DNA from: Prochlorococcus sp. AG-424-P23
Lineage (GTDB): Bacteria > Cyanobacteriota > Cyanobacteriia > PCC-6307 > Cyanobiaceae
DNA length: 64,000 nt
Direction of reading: 5' to 3'
Assembly: GCA_003210135.1 (NCBI GenBank)
Contig: QCNK01000005.1
Coordinates: 9,683 to 73,682, forward strand
The notes beneath the pieces were generated by a model. The model did not search any database. It was not told the origin of the DNA and saw only the letters and a list, made by a program, of their open reading frames with translations. The position numbers were made by a program, and so were the translations under genes. Positions 40,899-49,251 of this stretch are shown here, piece by piece. Position 1 is the stretch's first letter. Every line of letters begins with the position of its first letter.

Positions 40899-41564
40899 AT
40901 GCCGACTTATCTAATTACAGGATCAAATAGGGGAATTGGATTGGAATTATGTAGGCAAATTCATGAAAGGGGAGATAAGGTTATTGCGACGTGTAGGAAA
41001 GCTTCAAAAGAACTTAGAGATTTAGGAGTGAGAATTGAAGAGAATATAGAAATTACATCAGATGAGTCGATAACAAATTTGTGTAAAAAATTATCTGGAG
41101 TTAATTTAGATTGCTTAATTCATAATGCAGGAATTTATGAGTTTAATTCTTTCGAAAACTTAAATAAAAAAAGTATTTTGCGGCAATTTGAAGTCAATGC
41201 ATTGAGCCCAATATGTATGACACAATCACTTAAACATCTTTTAAAAAGATCTTCTAAAGTTGCTTTTATAACAAGTAGAATGGGATCTATTGAAGATAAT
41301 ACATCTGGAAGTTCTTATGGTTACAGGATGTCTAAGGTAGCCTTATCTATGGCAGCAAAATCACTTTCTATTGATTTATCAAGAAAAGATATTTATGTAG
41401 CTATTTTGCATCCTGGGTTAGTGAGTACAAGAATGACTGGCTTTACAAGAAATGGAATTAGTCCTGAAGAATCAGCAAATGGCCTTTTAAAACGTATAGA
41501 TTCTTTAAATAAAAATAACTCGGGCACGTTTTGGCATGCCAACGGAGAAGTTTTGCCTTGGTAA
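40899..41564 (+). CDS. Short-chain dehydrogenase/reductase (CsgA-like)
   Basis: ITGSNRGIG, IHNAG, YGYRMSK, HPGLVST. Confidence 0.92.
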   Translation: MPTYLITGSNRGIGLELCRQIHERGDKVIATCRKASKELRDLGVRIEENIEITSDESITNLCKKLSGVNLDCLIHNAGIYEFNSFENLNKKSILRQFEVNALSPICMTQSLKHLLKRSSKVAFITSRMGSIEDNTSGSSYGYRMSKVALSMAAKSLSIDLSRKDIYVAILHPGLVSTRMTGFTRNGISPEESANGLLKRIDSLNKNNSGTFWHANGEVLPW

Positions 41565-41681
41565 AATCTGTATTTTTATTTTTAAGAGATTTATATCGTT
41601 AATTTGTTAAAAAACTTTTAAATTTTTAACGAATTTCTTTCCTTGTTTAATTCTTTTAGTTATCTTAAAAAAAACATTAGT

Positions 41682-41778
41682 AAAGGAGGTGATTCATTGT
41701 CGTATCTACCGAAAAATGCGGTTATTAAAGGGGCCGTGAATTCAGTATTTTCATCACATTCATCGGTCTCTTTTTCTT
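41682..41778. ncRNA. Candidate structured small RNA or leader
   Basis: AAAGGAGGTGA, then a 15-bp stem (41727-41741 with 41758-41773) and T-run; GC-richer than flanks. Confidence 0.4.
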
Positions 41779-41837
41779 TGATTAAGAAAAAAGGTTTTAT
41801 AATCAACAGATTTATATAAATCAGTTATTAAATAATT

Positions 41838-41875
41838 AAAAGCTCTGCATCACATGAAGTTGCAGGGCTTTTTTT
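41838..41875 (+). terminator. Intrinsic terminator
   Basis: AAAAGCTCTGCA-loop-TGCAGGGCTTTT, then T-run. Confidence 0.7.
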
Positions 41876-41905
41876 ATGAATTTTAATATTCTTTCAAAAT
41901 TTACT

Positions 41906-42007
41906 CTATCTTTTTTGGCCGAAGTAAATTAAGGCTAAAAAAGATAAAGTGCTTACCAAAGCGATTAAGTACCATCCGGTTGAGGAGTTGCTAGTTACTT
42001 CGGTCAT
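41906..42007 (-). CDS. 33-aa single-TM peptide
   Basis: MTEVTSNSSTGWYLIALVSTLSFLALIYFGQKR. Confidence 0.55.
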   Translation of the reverse strand: MTEVTSNSSTGWYLIALVSTLSFLALIYFGQKR

Positions 42008-42097
42008 TTATTTTGATTTATCGGAGGAATTGATAATTTGAGTGAAAATCACAATTGATATCATTAAAAAAACTAAAAGGATGTAAGTTACGTTCAT

Positions 42098-42352
42098 TTA
42101 TAGAAAAATGCTAATTATCAAAAAGATTATTCCTAAAACTACCGTAACAATTGCTCCATCTACTAATAAGTCTTTCCATATGTAACTTTTAAGCATCCTT
42201 GTTTTATCTTCTTCACTCATAAGGTTCTTTAACCACTTCCAATCTAAAAGCTGTGTCATAGCGATACCAAAAATTAAATGACCAATCAAAATACCAATTA
42301 GATCAATTCTAGAAATATCTTTAGTGAGACTTGTAATAATAAAAAAGTCCAC
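42098..42352 (-). CDS. Small membrane protein (84 aa)
   Basis: Two TM segments. Confidence 0.6.
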   Translation of the reverse strand: MDFFIITSLTKDISRIDLIGILIGHLIFGIAMTQLLDWKWLKNLMSEEDKTRMLKSYIWKDLLVDGAIVTVVLGIIFLIISIFL

Positions 42353-42579
42353 TAGCTTTTTTCTTTATTAGATAAGGCACCACCTTCTTCTTTGTATTTT
42401 TCCCAAGCTTCACTTATTTTTGCTTTAGAGAAGTTTTGTTTGCCCTCAGAGAATTTATTTTTAAGATTATTAAAACTATTTGCCAGCTCTTTTTTTGTAG
42501 GTTCATCAAGAAAGTTTGATGTTAATTTCCATAAGTACCAGCTACTAGCAAGTAGAAGAATTAATCCCAGTAATTGCAT
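42352..42579 (-). CDS. Small membrane-anchored protein (75 aa)
   Basis: N-terminal TM; stop overlaps next start. Confidence 0.6.
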   Translation of the reverse strand: MQLLGLILLLASSWYLWKLTSNFLDEPTKKELANSFNNLKNKFSEGKQNFSKAKISEAWEKYKEEGGALSNKEKS

Positions 42580-42669
42580 ATTTGTTTTTTACTATGCTAC
42601 AACTTTTTAAATGTTTTCGATAAATTAATTTATTTAATATCTATAGAATTATTTTTCTTAAAATCTAAA

Positions 42670-42825
42670 TTAAAACTTTAACCAGTGAAAAAAAATTCTA
42701 TCTAGCAGCCAAACAGTTAATCCCCCTTCTAAAAAAGCTAGCCAATACATGGCGTAATCTGAAAATCCCATTTGTTCTTTGACTGTTTTAATCAATTTTT
42801 TGTGAGCTTGAATGAGATCTTTCAT
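42670..42825 (-). CDS. Small protein (51 aa)
   Basis: MKDLIQAHKKLIKTVKEQMGFSDYAMYWLAFLEGGLTVWLLDRIFFHWLKF. Confidence 0.6.
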   Translation of the reverse strand: MKDLIQAHKKLIKTVKEQMGFSDYAMYWLAFLEGGLTVWLLDRIFFHWLKF

Positions 42826-42841
42826 TAATAATTAAATTTGT

Positions 42842-43093
42842 TTAAACCTTTTGTATTTCTTTGATTAAAAAGCCTTTCCCGTAGCAAGATAAACACGTTT
42901 TAGTCTCATCTAAAGAAATTCTTAGAAAACCTGCTCCATTACATCTAAAGCAATTTACTTTAGTATTTGAATAAAGTTTTGATTTGATTTTAGCAGCACG
43001 ATTTAGGTAAGAAATTGTTTCTTTACGTCCGTTTGCTTTTGCAGCTTTATTTAAGAGCTTTTTGTAGTTTACTTTAAGTTCTTGGGTATTCAT
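42842..43093 (-). CDS. Small protein with DnaJ-type CxxCxGxG zinc finger
   Basis: CFRCNGAG...CLSCYGKG. Confidence 0.75.
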   Translation of the reverse strand: MNTQELKVNYKKLLNKAAKANGRKETISYLNRAAKIKSKLYSNTKVNCFRCNGAGFLRISLDETKTCLSCYGKGFLIKEIQKV

Positions 43094-43571
43094 CTTTTAT
43101 AGAAGCGATGATGCATATATAGGGAAAACTAGATGTTTAAATAATTAAAAACTTTGAATCTTCCTTTAATATTTCTAATCTGATCTCTTGCTGAGATTTC
43201 AACAATATAACTAGTATTTGATCTATATGTTTATTTTCAAAAGTATTAAATTGTATATTTAATAGAAATTTTATATTTGAAAAAATAAAAGGTTTTTTGT
43301 GTGATCGTTTAGGTAATATTATTTTGTCTTGGATAGAGAGTCTAGAAACTTTATTATTTATGAAAATAATTTAAAGCTAAATAAATCATCCAGCTTTTTT
43401 TAGGTTTTTTACTAAAAAATCATTTTCATTAGTTAGAACTTTGAGCTTAGATTTTTTCAGTTCTTTTTTTATTTCAGGAGTAAAATTCTTTTTGGTCACT
43501 TTTAGATTCATGAAATTTGAACTTAAAATTGATTAAAGGCATCCTGGATCCTAGTGATCCCAAAAAAAAAA

Positions 43572-43960
43572 TGTGGATATATTTTTTTAAAAAAAGAAAA
43601 TATTTTATTTTGCACATAGAAGATTTAATTAAATCAACATATTGTGGAAAACCCTGTTGAAAAACACAAAAAAAGTGGATAACTCTCGGGGAGCATGTTC
43701 AAAACAAGCTTTTCTGGAATAATTTTTAAGTATTAATACTTCATCAAGAAAAGTTTAAATATAGTTTAAGATGCACCATAATCTATTGTTATAACTGTGG
43801 GATCATTACTTTTATATTTATGAAAAGGATTTTATCTAGAAACTAGTGTTGAGAAAAAATAAAAAAATTTATTTTTGATTGATGTATCAAATTGACAAAT
43901 AAAGTTAAGAAAAATAAAAGGAAACTTGAATTTTTGAAAATTTGTCTCATCTGTTGAAAT
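43572..43960. promoter_or_regulatory. Cluster of co-oriented DnaA-box-like 9-mers
   Basis: TGTGGATAT 43572, TGTGGAAAA 43643, TGTTGAAAA 43655, AGTGGATAA 43674, TGTTGAGAA 43847, TGTTGAAAT 43952. Confidence 0.45.
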
Positions 43961-44045
43961 TAAGTCTTGATTCGGTTTTCTCTATGAAAATATTTCTCAA
44001 ACCTAAAATTAATTGAATAGGTTTAATTAAATCTAAATAATTAAA

Positions 44046-44282
44046 ATGACAGAAGAAAAAAAGGATCCAAAAAATTGTTCTAGAAAGAAAAAAATTATGT
44101 TTGCCTATGGTTTTATACAACTTGGTTCTAGTTTCGTATCTGCAATAGCTTTAGCTGCGATTGCTTTTGGATTCTGTTCAGTAAAAAAAGAGTCTAAACT
44201 TTTTAATAAATGTGTTACCGAAATTATTGAAGATGGTGGTACTAATTCAGAGGCGGTAAGGTATTGCAATGGGGGCAATTAA
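44046..44282 (+). CDS. Small membrane protein (78 aa)
   Basis: TM segment, C-terminal C..VRYCNGG. Confidence 0.65.
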   Translation: MTEEKKDPKNCSRKKKIMFAYGFIQLGSSFVSAIALAAIAFGFCSVKKESKLFNKCVTEIIEDGGTNSEAVRYCNGGN

Positions 44283-44304
44283 AAGTCTCTCACAGAAAAA
44301 TTAA

Positions 44305-44547
44305 ATGGATTCGACAAGTGATTTGATTATTGACTCTTTTAAAGAGGAGCCCATTGGAGAAACTGATCACTTTATTTGGTTCATAACAGATATTGGTATT
44401 GCTGCCCTATTTAAAAGAAACCAAAACCATGAAATTTATAGTTCAAATGTCGAAATTGAGGCTAATAAAATTGGTTTAGATATAACTAAAGAGGAAAAAG
44501 AGTATCTCAAAATAAAAGAGAAACAACTTTTCTTGTTTTATTCATAG
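44305..44547 (+). CDS. Hypothetical protein (80 aa)
   Basis: ATG ORF following the previous gene. Confidence 0.6.
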   Translation: MDSTSDLIIDSFKEEPIGETDHFIWFITDIGIAALFKRNQNHEIYSSNVEIEANKIGLDITKEEKEYLKIKEKQLFLFYS

Positions 44548-44564
44548 GTTTAGCTCTTTTTTAC

Positions 44565-44759
44565 TTAATAAGAAGGCTCAAGGTTAAAGGCCGGCTCCAT
44601 AAAATTGTTTTCGCTAATTAATTCGTAGGTTAGCTCTTTATTTAGGGCATTTATATATGATGTATAAAGTTTTCCCCAAACAAATTCAAATTCATCTTTA
44701 CTTAAATTCTTGAAAAGAATTTCTCCTTTGAAGTAAATGTGATAAGAATCATTCATCAT
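44565..44759 (-). CDS. Hypothetical protein (64 aa)
   Basis: YHIYFKGEILFKNLSKDEFEFVW. Confidence 0.6.
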   Translation of the reverse strand: MMNDSYHIYFKGEILFKNLSKDEFEFVWGKLYTSYINALNKELTYELISENNFMEPAFNLEPSY

Positions 44760-44854
44760 GGAAAATTAATCTTATCCTTTTTAACGCAGGTATATATGTG
44801 TGTAGTATTGGGTGCTACTAAAAAGAAATTTATATGGTGGATTTAGAGATACTT

Positions 44855-45166
44855 CTAGACAATCCGTGTATTCATTTTTTGTTTTTTGAATAATCCGACT
44901 GTCTCATCAAGATCCATACAAGGCTGAATACTGATATCCATCAACCTTCTCCAGGGATGCCATTGCTTCCAAATTGTTTCAAGGGAATCGGCACTCACTA
45001 CAGAATGTCCGATTCCATTTTGAACCATAAAAATCCAAGAATGTACCTCGTAGTTTTCAGGTCGGTTTTGGGGCCCACCTGATTCGTACCAATTTATTAG
45101 CATTTCTGCCCCTTCTTCTTGATCTTCACCATCTGTAAATTCGTAGGAAATCAAATACCTTTGCAT
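44855..45166 (-). CDS. DUF3303 family protein
   Basis: YLISYEF...HSVVSADSLETIWKQWHPW..ISIQPC. Confidence 0.78.
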   Translation of the reverse strand: MQRYLISYEFTDGEDQEEGAEMLINWYESGGPQNRPENYEVHSWIFMVQNGIGHSVVSADSLETIWKQWHPWRRLMDISIQPCMDLDETVGLFKKQKMNTRIV

Positions 45167-45449
45167 ATAGATTATTTTTAAAATCTCTAAACTATTTTAA
45201 CTCTAGATTTAGATATTGCCTCCCAATTTAATTAATGCTATGAAGTTTATAGAAGTAATTATTTTAAATGACCGAAAGATTTTGGAAAATTAAAAAGAAT
45301 ATTTTAACTAATTTATCTTTTATAAATAAGACAATCTTGAAGTATTTTCAAAACCATGATCTGTTCGTATAGCTTAAGTTATCAGATAAAATTTTATACT
45401 TTTTAAAATACCTTAAATTAGTTACCATATTTGTACTGCAAAGATACAA

Positions 45450-45833
45450 ATGATAAATAAAAAGGATCAAAGCGATCCAATTGATAATTTAGAGTATGAA
45501 AAAGTTCTAGAAGAAGAAATAATTAATTCCTACGAAAGTAAATTTCTAAAAGATACTCAACTAGACAAAAAAATGACTAAATTTTACAGACTTAAAAGAA
45601 CTCCATTAGAAATACTAAATAGGACATTTTTCTTTTTCTTTATTGGAAGTTTTCTTTTCTCTTTGTTTTTAGCTTATTCAGAAAGTAAGTTGTGGTTCAT
45701 ACTTTATGTCGTAAGTGCATTGTCATGTATTTTCTATACTCCAAATAGAAAAGCACTTAAAGAGTTAATAGCAGCTTGGCCAAATATAGAGGATCTCATT
45801 AAAGGGAGGAGTATGTGGAGAAAAGGCAAGTAG
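45450..45833 (+). CDS. Conserved-looking membrane protein (127 aa)
   Basis: Two TM segments, YTPNRKALKELIAAWPNIEDLI. Confidence 0.7.
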   Translation: MINKKDQSDPIDNLEYEKVLEEEIINSYESKFLKDTQLDKKMTKFYRLKRTPLEILNRTFFFFFIGSFLFSLFLAYSESKLWFILYVVSALSCIFYTPNRKALKELIAAWPNIEDLIKGRSMWRKGK

Positions 45834-45840
45834 ATAGATT

Positions 45841-45933
45841 ATGAAACCTTTAAGTTCATTTAAAAAGTGGTTATTAAATATCCTTGTGCCATACATAGAG
45901 GGCACCAACAAGAAAAAAGAGGATAAAAAATGA
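45841..45933 (+). CDS. 30-aa peptide
   Basis: MKPLSSFKKWLLNILVPYIEGTNKKKEDKK; ATGA overlap with next ORF. Confidence 0.45.
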   Translation: MKPLSSFKKWLLNILVPYIEGTNKKKEDKK

Positions 45934-46067
45934 GTCTAATAAAAGTTGGAATTATTGTTGAAATTTTTTTGTTTGTTGGAGTTTTTTTATGGGTTAAGAA
46001 ACTAAATAGTAAACAAAGTAGGCAACCATCTTTATCAAAAAAAACAATAAAAAACCTCAAATTTTAG
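45930..46067 (+). CDS. 45-aa membrane peptide
   Basis: MSLIKVGIIVEIFLFVGVFLWVKKLNSK... Confidence 0.5.
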   Translation: MSLIKVGIIVEIFLFVGVFLWVKKLNSKQSRQPSLSKKTIKNLKF

Positions 46068-46187
46068 AATTTTGATCACAAAATAAGGAATCTCTATAAA
46101 GAGATCACTTTTATCGGGAAATTATTTACTTTTTTCTCTCACTTTGTATTCGAAATCGGTTAGAACATCTATATCTTTATTAAAAAT

Positions 46188-46541
46188 ATGGTTTCCTCCA
46201 TTCAAGGTCTTGCTCCAATAACTAATCCATTAAATAGTGTCTTAATAGAAAAGAAACTAATAAATGTCGATCAAAAGTTTATTCAACTTGTTTCACTAGC
46301 AGAAGGGTTACCTCGTACAGAAGTTATTGAAAGTGGTAGAAATTATTGGAGAGGTGTTTGTAGGAGCTTGATTTTTAGATTCCCTGATGACCTTGAAATT
46401 TTAAAGCTTGATGTAAGAAGTTATGTAGATAGATCTAAAGGAATTATTCAGATAAGATCTGCAGCAAGACTAGGACAATCAGATTTAGGAGTTAATCTCA
46501 GAAGAGTGGAATACTTGTTTAATCAATTAGAGAAATTTTAA
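46188..46541 (+). CDS. DUF1499 family protein
   Basis: SLIFRFPDDLE, IRSAARLGQSDLGVNLRRVE. Confidence 0.85.
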   Translation: MVSSIQGLAPITNPLNSVLIEKKLINVDQKFIQLVSLAEGLPRTEVIESGRNYWRGVCRSLIFRFPDDLEILKLDVRSYVDRSKGIIQIRSAARLGQSDLGVNLRRVEYLFNQLEKF

Positions 46542-46618
46542 TTAATCTATTTTTTATAAATTTAAGGTTCTTTTTACTAAATAGGTGTGCTTTAATTCAT
46601 AAGAATATTTGAAATGCT

Positions 46619-46750
46619 ATGGTAAAGATAATCTTAGTTGGAATTATTATCGCGCTTGTATATTCTCAACCTGACCTTCGTCTTACAGTCGCTGATTGGT
46701 TAAAAGCTGCTTCTGATTTTTTAATTGAATCGGTACAAGTAGAACCCTGA
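46619..46750 (+). CDS. 43-aa membrane peptide
   Basis: MVKIILVGIIIALVYSQPDLRLTVADWLKAASDFLIESVQVEP. Confidence 0.6.
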   Translation: MVKIILVGIIIALVYSQPDLRLTVADWLKAASDFLIESVQVEP

Positions 46751-46924
46751 ATTAATTTTTAATAAGGCATTAAATAAGACCTGAGACAGTAATCATTTGT
46801 TTAATGCACACAGCCACGAAAATAAATATTATTACCCTACTAAATATATATTTCACTTAAACAAATAAATAGTTTTAGAAACATAATAGAAAATTTTTTT
46901 GAAATTTTTGAATAGTTAACGATA

Positions 46925-47989
46925 ATGAGGGATATGAAGCTTAGATTATTTGAGTTCTATTTTATTAAAGACTATTTAAGGCCTTGGTTTGGTCTTATTT
47001 ATTCTTTATTCTTTCTGTTTTTTTTAGGTGCAATTGGCTATCGAGTAACAGAGGGATGGGAATGGAGTGATTGCTTATGGATGGTTCTGATCACTATTAC
47101 CACTATTGGTTTTGGAGAAGTTCAACCTTTAAGTCCTGAAGGCAGAATCGTTACTGTTTTAGTAATCGTTGGCGGATTGATCTTTATTCAATTTACCTTT
47201 CAAAAAGCTGTTAGATTATTCGAATCCGGCTATTTTCAAAGAGTAAACGAATTACGTTTTAAAAGACTTCTTAGAAAAATGGAAAATCATGTAATTTTGT
47301 GCGGATATGGGAGGGTAGGTCAGGAAATATCTAACCAAATAAAAACGCAAAATATTCCAATTATTGTGGTTGAGAGTGATGAAGATAGAAAAAAGATTGC
47401 TGAAGATAATGGATTAGAAGTTCTTTGTGCTGATGCAACACTTGATGAAACCTTAAAACTAGCTGGATTAGATAAATGCAAAAGTTTGGTTGTTACCTTA
47501 CCCAATGACGCTGCAAATTTATATGTTGTTCTAAGTGCTAAAGGGATAAGAAGTTCTATAAGAGTAATAGCAAGAGCTGGAACAGAGGAGGCTGCTAGCA
47601 AATTGAGATTAGCTGGAGCAAGTATTGTTGTTAGTCCTTACATAGCAGCGGGAAGAGCAATGGCATCAATGGCTTTAAGACCAATTGCGATTGATTTTCT
47701 TGATCTGCTTGCAGGAAGTGAATGTGAAATTGAAGAATTTGAACTGAGTAATGATATTAGTCTTTTTGAAACTGCAGAAAAGATAACTCTCTTAGAGCTT
47801 GGAATAGGTAAAAAGAGCGGAGCTAAAATATTGGCAATAAAAGAAGATGAAAAATTAATAACTAATCCAGGAGGTGATTTTTTACTTCAGCCAGGTCAGG
47901 TATTAATAGCATTTGGCAGTAAAGAACAACTAAATATTTTAAATGGTTTGTTGGGTAATCTTGTTGTAGCGGTAGAGCTCCTAAAATAG
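46925..47989 (+). CDS. Potassium channel with RCK (TrkA-N/C) domains
   Basis: TTIGFGE filter, ILCGYGRVG, DAT. Confidence 0.92.
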   Translation: MRDMKLRLFEFYFIKDYLRPWFGLIYSLFFLFFLGAIGYRVTEGWEWSDCLWMVLITITTIGFGEVQPLSPEGRIVTVLVIVGGLIFIQFTFQKAVRLFESGYFQRVNELRFKRLLRKMENHVILCGYGRVGQEISNQIKTQNIPIIVVESDEDRKKIAEDNGLEVLCADATLDETLKLAGLDKCKSLVVTLPNDAANLYVVLSAKGIRSSIRVIARAGTEEAASKLRLAGASIVVSPYIAAGRAMASMALRPIAIDFLDLLAGSECEIEEFELSNDISLFETAEKITLLELGIGKKSGAKILAIKEDEKLITNPGGDFLLQPGQVLIAFGSKEQLNILNGLLGNLVVAVELLK

Positions 47990-48039
47990 ATATATCTTGA
48001 GTAAGAATTAAAGGTTAAATTAGGTATAGGTAATATAAA

Positions 48040-48402
48040 TTGAATGAAATGAAATTATTAAAATTTCTATTTGTAATTCCTGTAATAACTTTAATAATTA
48101 TTTTTCAAACCTCTTTGCAAAATAGATATCTAATGGCTTCTGAGATTAGAGATGGAGAAACAATTTTTAGAAATGTTTGTGCAGGCTGTCATGTAAGAGG
48201 TGGATCAGTCGTTCTTAAAGGATCCAAATCATTAAAACTTTCCGACCTTGAAAAAAGAGGTATAGCAGATGTAAATTCAATAACAATTATTGCCAATGAA
48301 GGGATTGGTTTTATGAAAGGTTATAAAAATAAATTAAAGGATGGAGAGGATGATGTTCTTGCACAATGGATTATTCAAAATGCAGAAAAGGGTTGGGAGT
48401 AA
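48040..48402 (+). CDS. Cytochrome c6-like (c553) protein
   Basis: Signal peptide, GETIFRNVCAGCH, GIGFM axial Met candidate. Confidence 0.85.
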   Translation: MNEMKLLKFLFVIPVITLIIIFQTSLQNRYLMASEIRDGETIFRNVCAGCHVRGGSVVLKGSKSLKLSDLEKRGIADVNSITIIANEGIGFMKGYKNKLKDGEDDVLAQWIIQNAEKGWE

Positions 48403-48771
48403 ATGAAAAGTATACTTCTTGCATCGTTTTTATTTCTATTAGCTGAATTTTCTTTTGCTGATGAATTAACTAATTACACAATTACATCTGATTCTCAAAT
48501 AAATACTTTGGAAGGCGATTTAGAGGCTAAGGGAAATGTAGTCATTAAGAGCAATAGTGGTAATTTTGAGGCTTATTCGGACAAGCTTTCTTTTGACAAG
48601 GATGATAAATCGCTAAAACTTTTAGGGAATGTATATGTAAAAAATTTAGTATCTGATGGAATTTCAATTGAAGAAACATCTGGAGATGAATTAATAATCT
48701 TCACTGATACAGGACTTTTTGAATTCAAATCTCAAAATAAAAACAGAGTCAAAACAAAAATTAAATTCTAA
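48403..48771 (+). CDS. Exported LptA/OstA-like beta-jellyroll protein
   Basis: Signal peptide, ITSDSQ...AKGNVVI...LLGNVYV. Confidence 0.6.
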   Translation: MKSILLASFLFLLAEFSFADELTNYTITSDSQINTLEGDLEAKGNVVIKSNSGNFEAYSDKLSFDKDDKSLKLLGNVYVKNLVSDGISIEETSGDELIIFTDTGLFEFKSQNKNRVKTKIKF

Positions 48772-48867
48772 ATAAAGAGTTTCTTTTGAAATAAAAAATT
48801 TTAAATAGATTTTAAATCCATCTTAAACTAAATAATCTAGAAGAAAATAGTAGAAATATTTTTCATT

Positions 48868-49023
48868 ATGCATCCAAGCAAAGTAATCAAAGATCCAATA
48901 ATCTTCGATACTTATTACGATCCAGATGTTGATAAGTTGTATCAATATATCAAAATCGGCGACTTTCCAGCAGAATGGGTCGTGACGAATATAGATGAAG
49001 ATGACGATTATTATTACGCTTAG
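48868..49023 (+). CDS. Small acidic protein (51 aa)
   Basis: MHPSKVIKDPIIFDTYYDPDVDKLYQYIKIGDFPAEWVVTNIDEDDDYYYA. Confidence 0.6.
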   Translation: MHPSKVIKDPIIFDTYYDPDVDKLYQYIKIGDFPAEWVVTNIDEDDDYYYA

Positions 49024-49065
49024 ATGGGATATTAATTTAAATAGTTATTATTAGATTCAATAAGT

Positions 49066-49107
49066 TTGTCTCTTTAAAATTTTGTGTGAGGAAGCTTAAA
49101 GAGACAA
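49066..49107. other. 12-bp perfect hairpin with Yfr1-like loop motif
   Basis: TTGTCTCTTTAA-18 nt-TTAAAGAGACAA; loop contains GTGTGAGGA. Confidence 0.6.
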
Positions 49108-49128
49108 TCTAAATTTAAGTAAAAAGGT

Positions 49129-49154
49129 TTAAGAGAAAATTAAAAAGGAAATAA
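49129..49154. promoter_or_regulatory. Possible Pho box upstream of phoB
   Basis: TTAA 49129, TTAA 49140, ATAA 49151 at 11-bp spacing; reverse complement includes CTTAAACCT. Confidence 0.35.
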
Positions 49155-49251
49155 GATCAAATAAAAAAAATAAGATCATTATGTAAAGCAATTATGAAAT
49201 AATTACATCAAATAAATTTGATTATATAAAATAAAATTGTTGGGACTTTAA

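Noticed and set aside
43140-43560. Start-less open frame of about 78 codons and upstream fragments
   Set aside because: No start codon or recognisable motif; AT-rich chance frame or unidentifiable remnant.
45860-46060. 66-aa minus-strand ORF
   Set aside because: Two coupled plus-strand ORFs (45841-45933, 45930-46067) continuing the upstream gene's direction explain the region better.
34200-49250. Integration at 6S RNA with att-site duplication
   Set aside because: No second copy of the ssrS 3' end and no integrase found by eye in the window.
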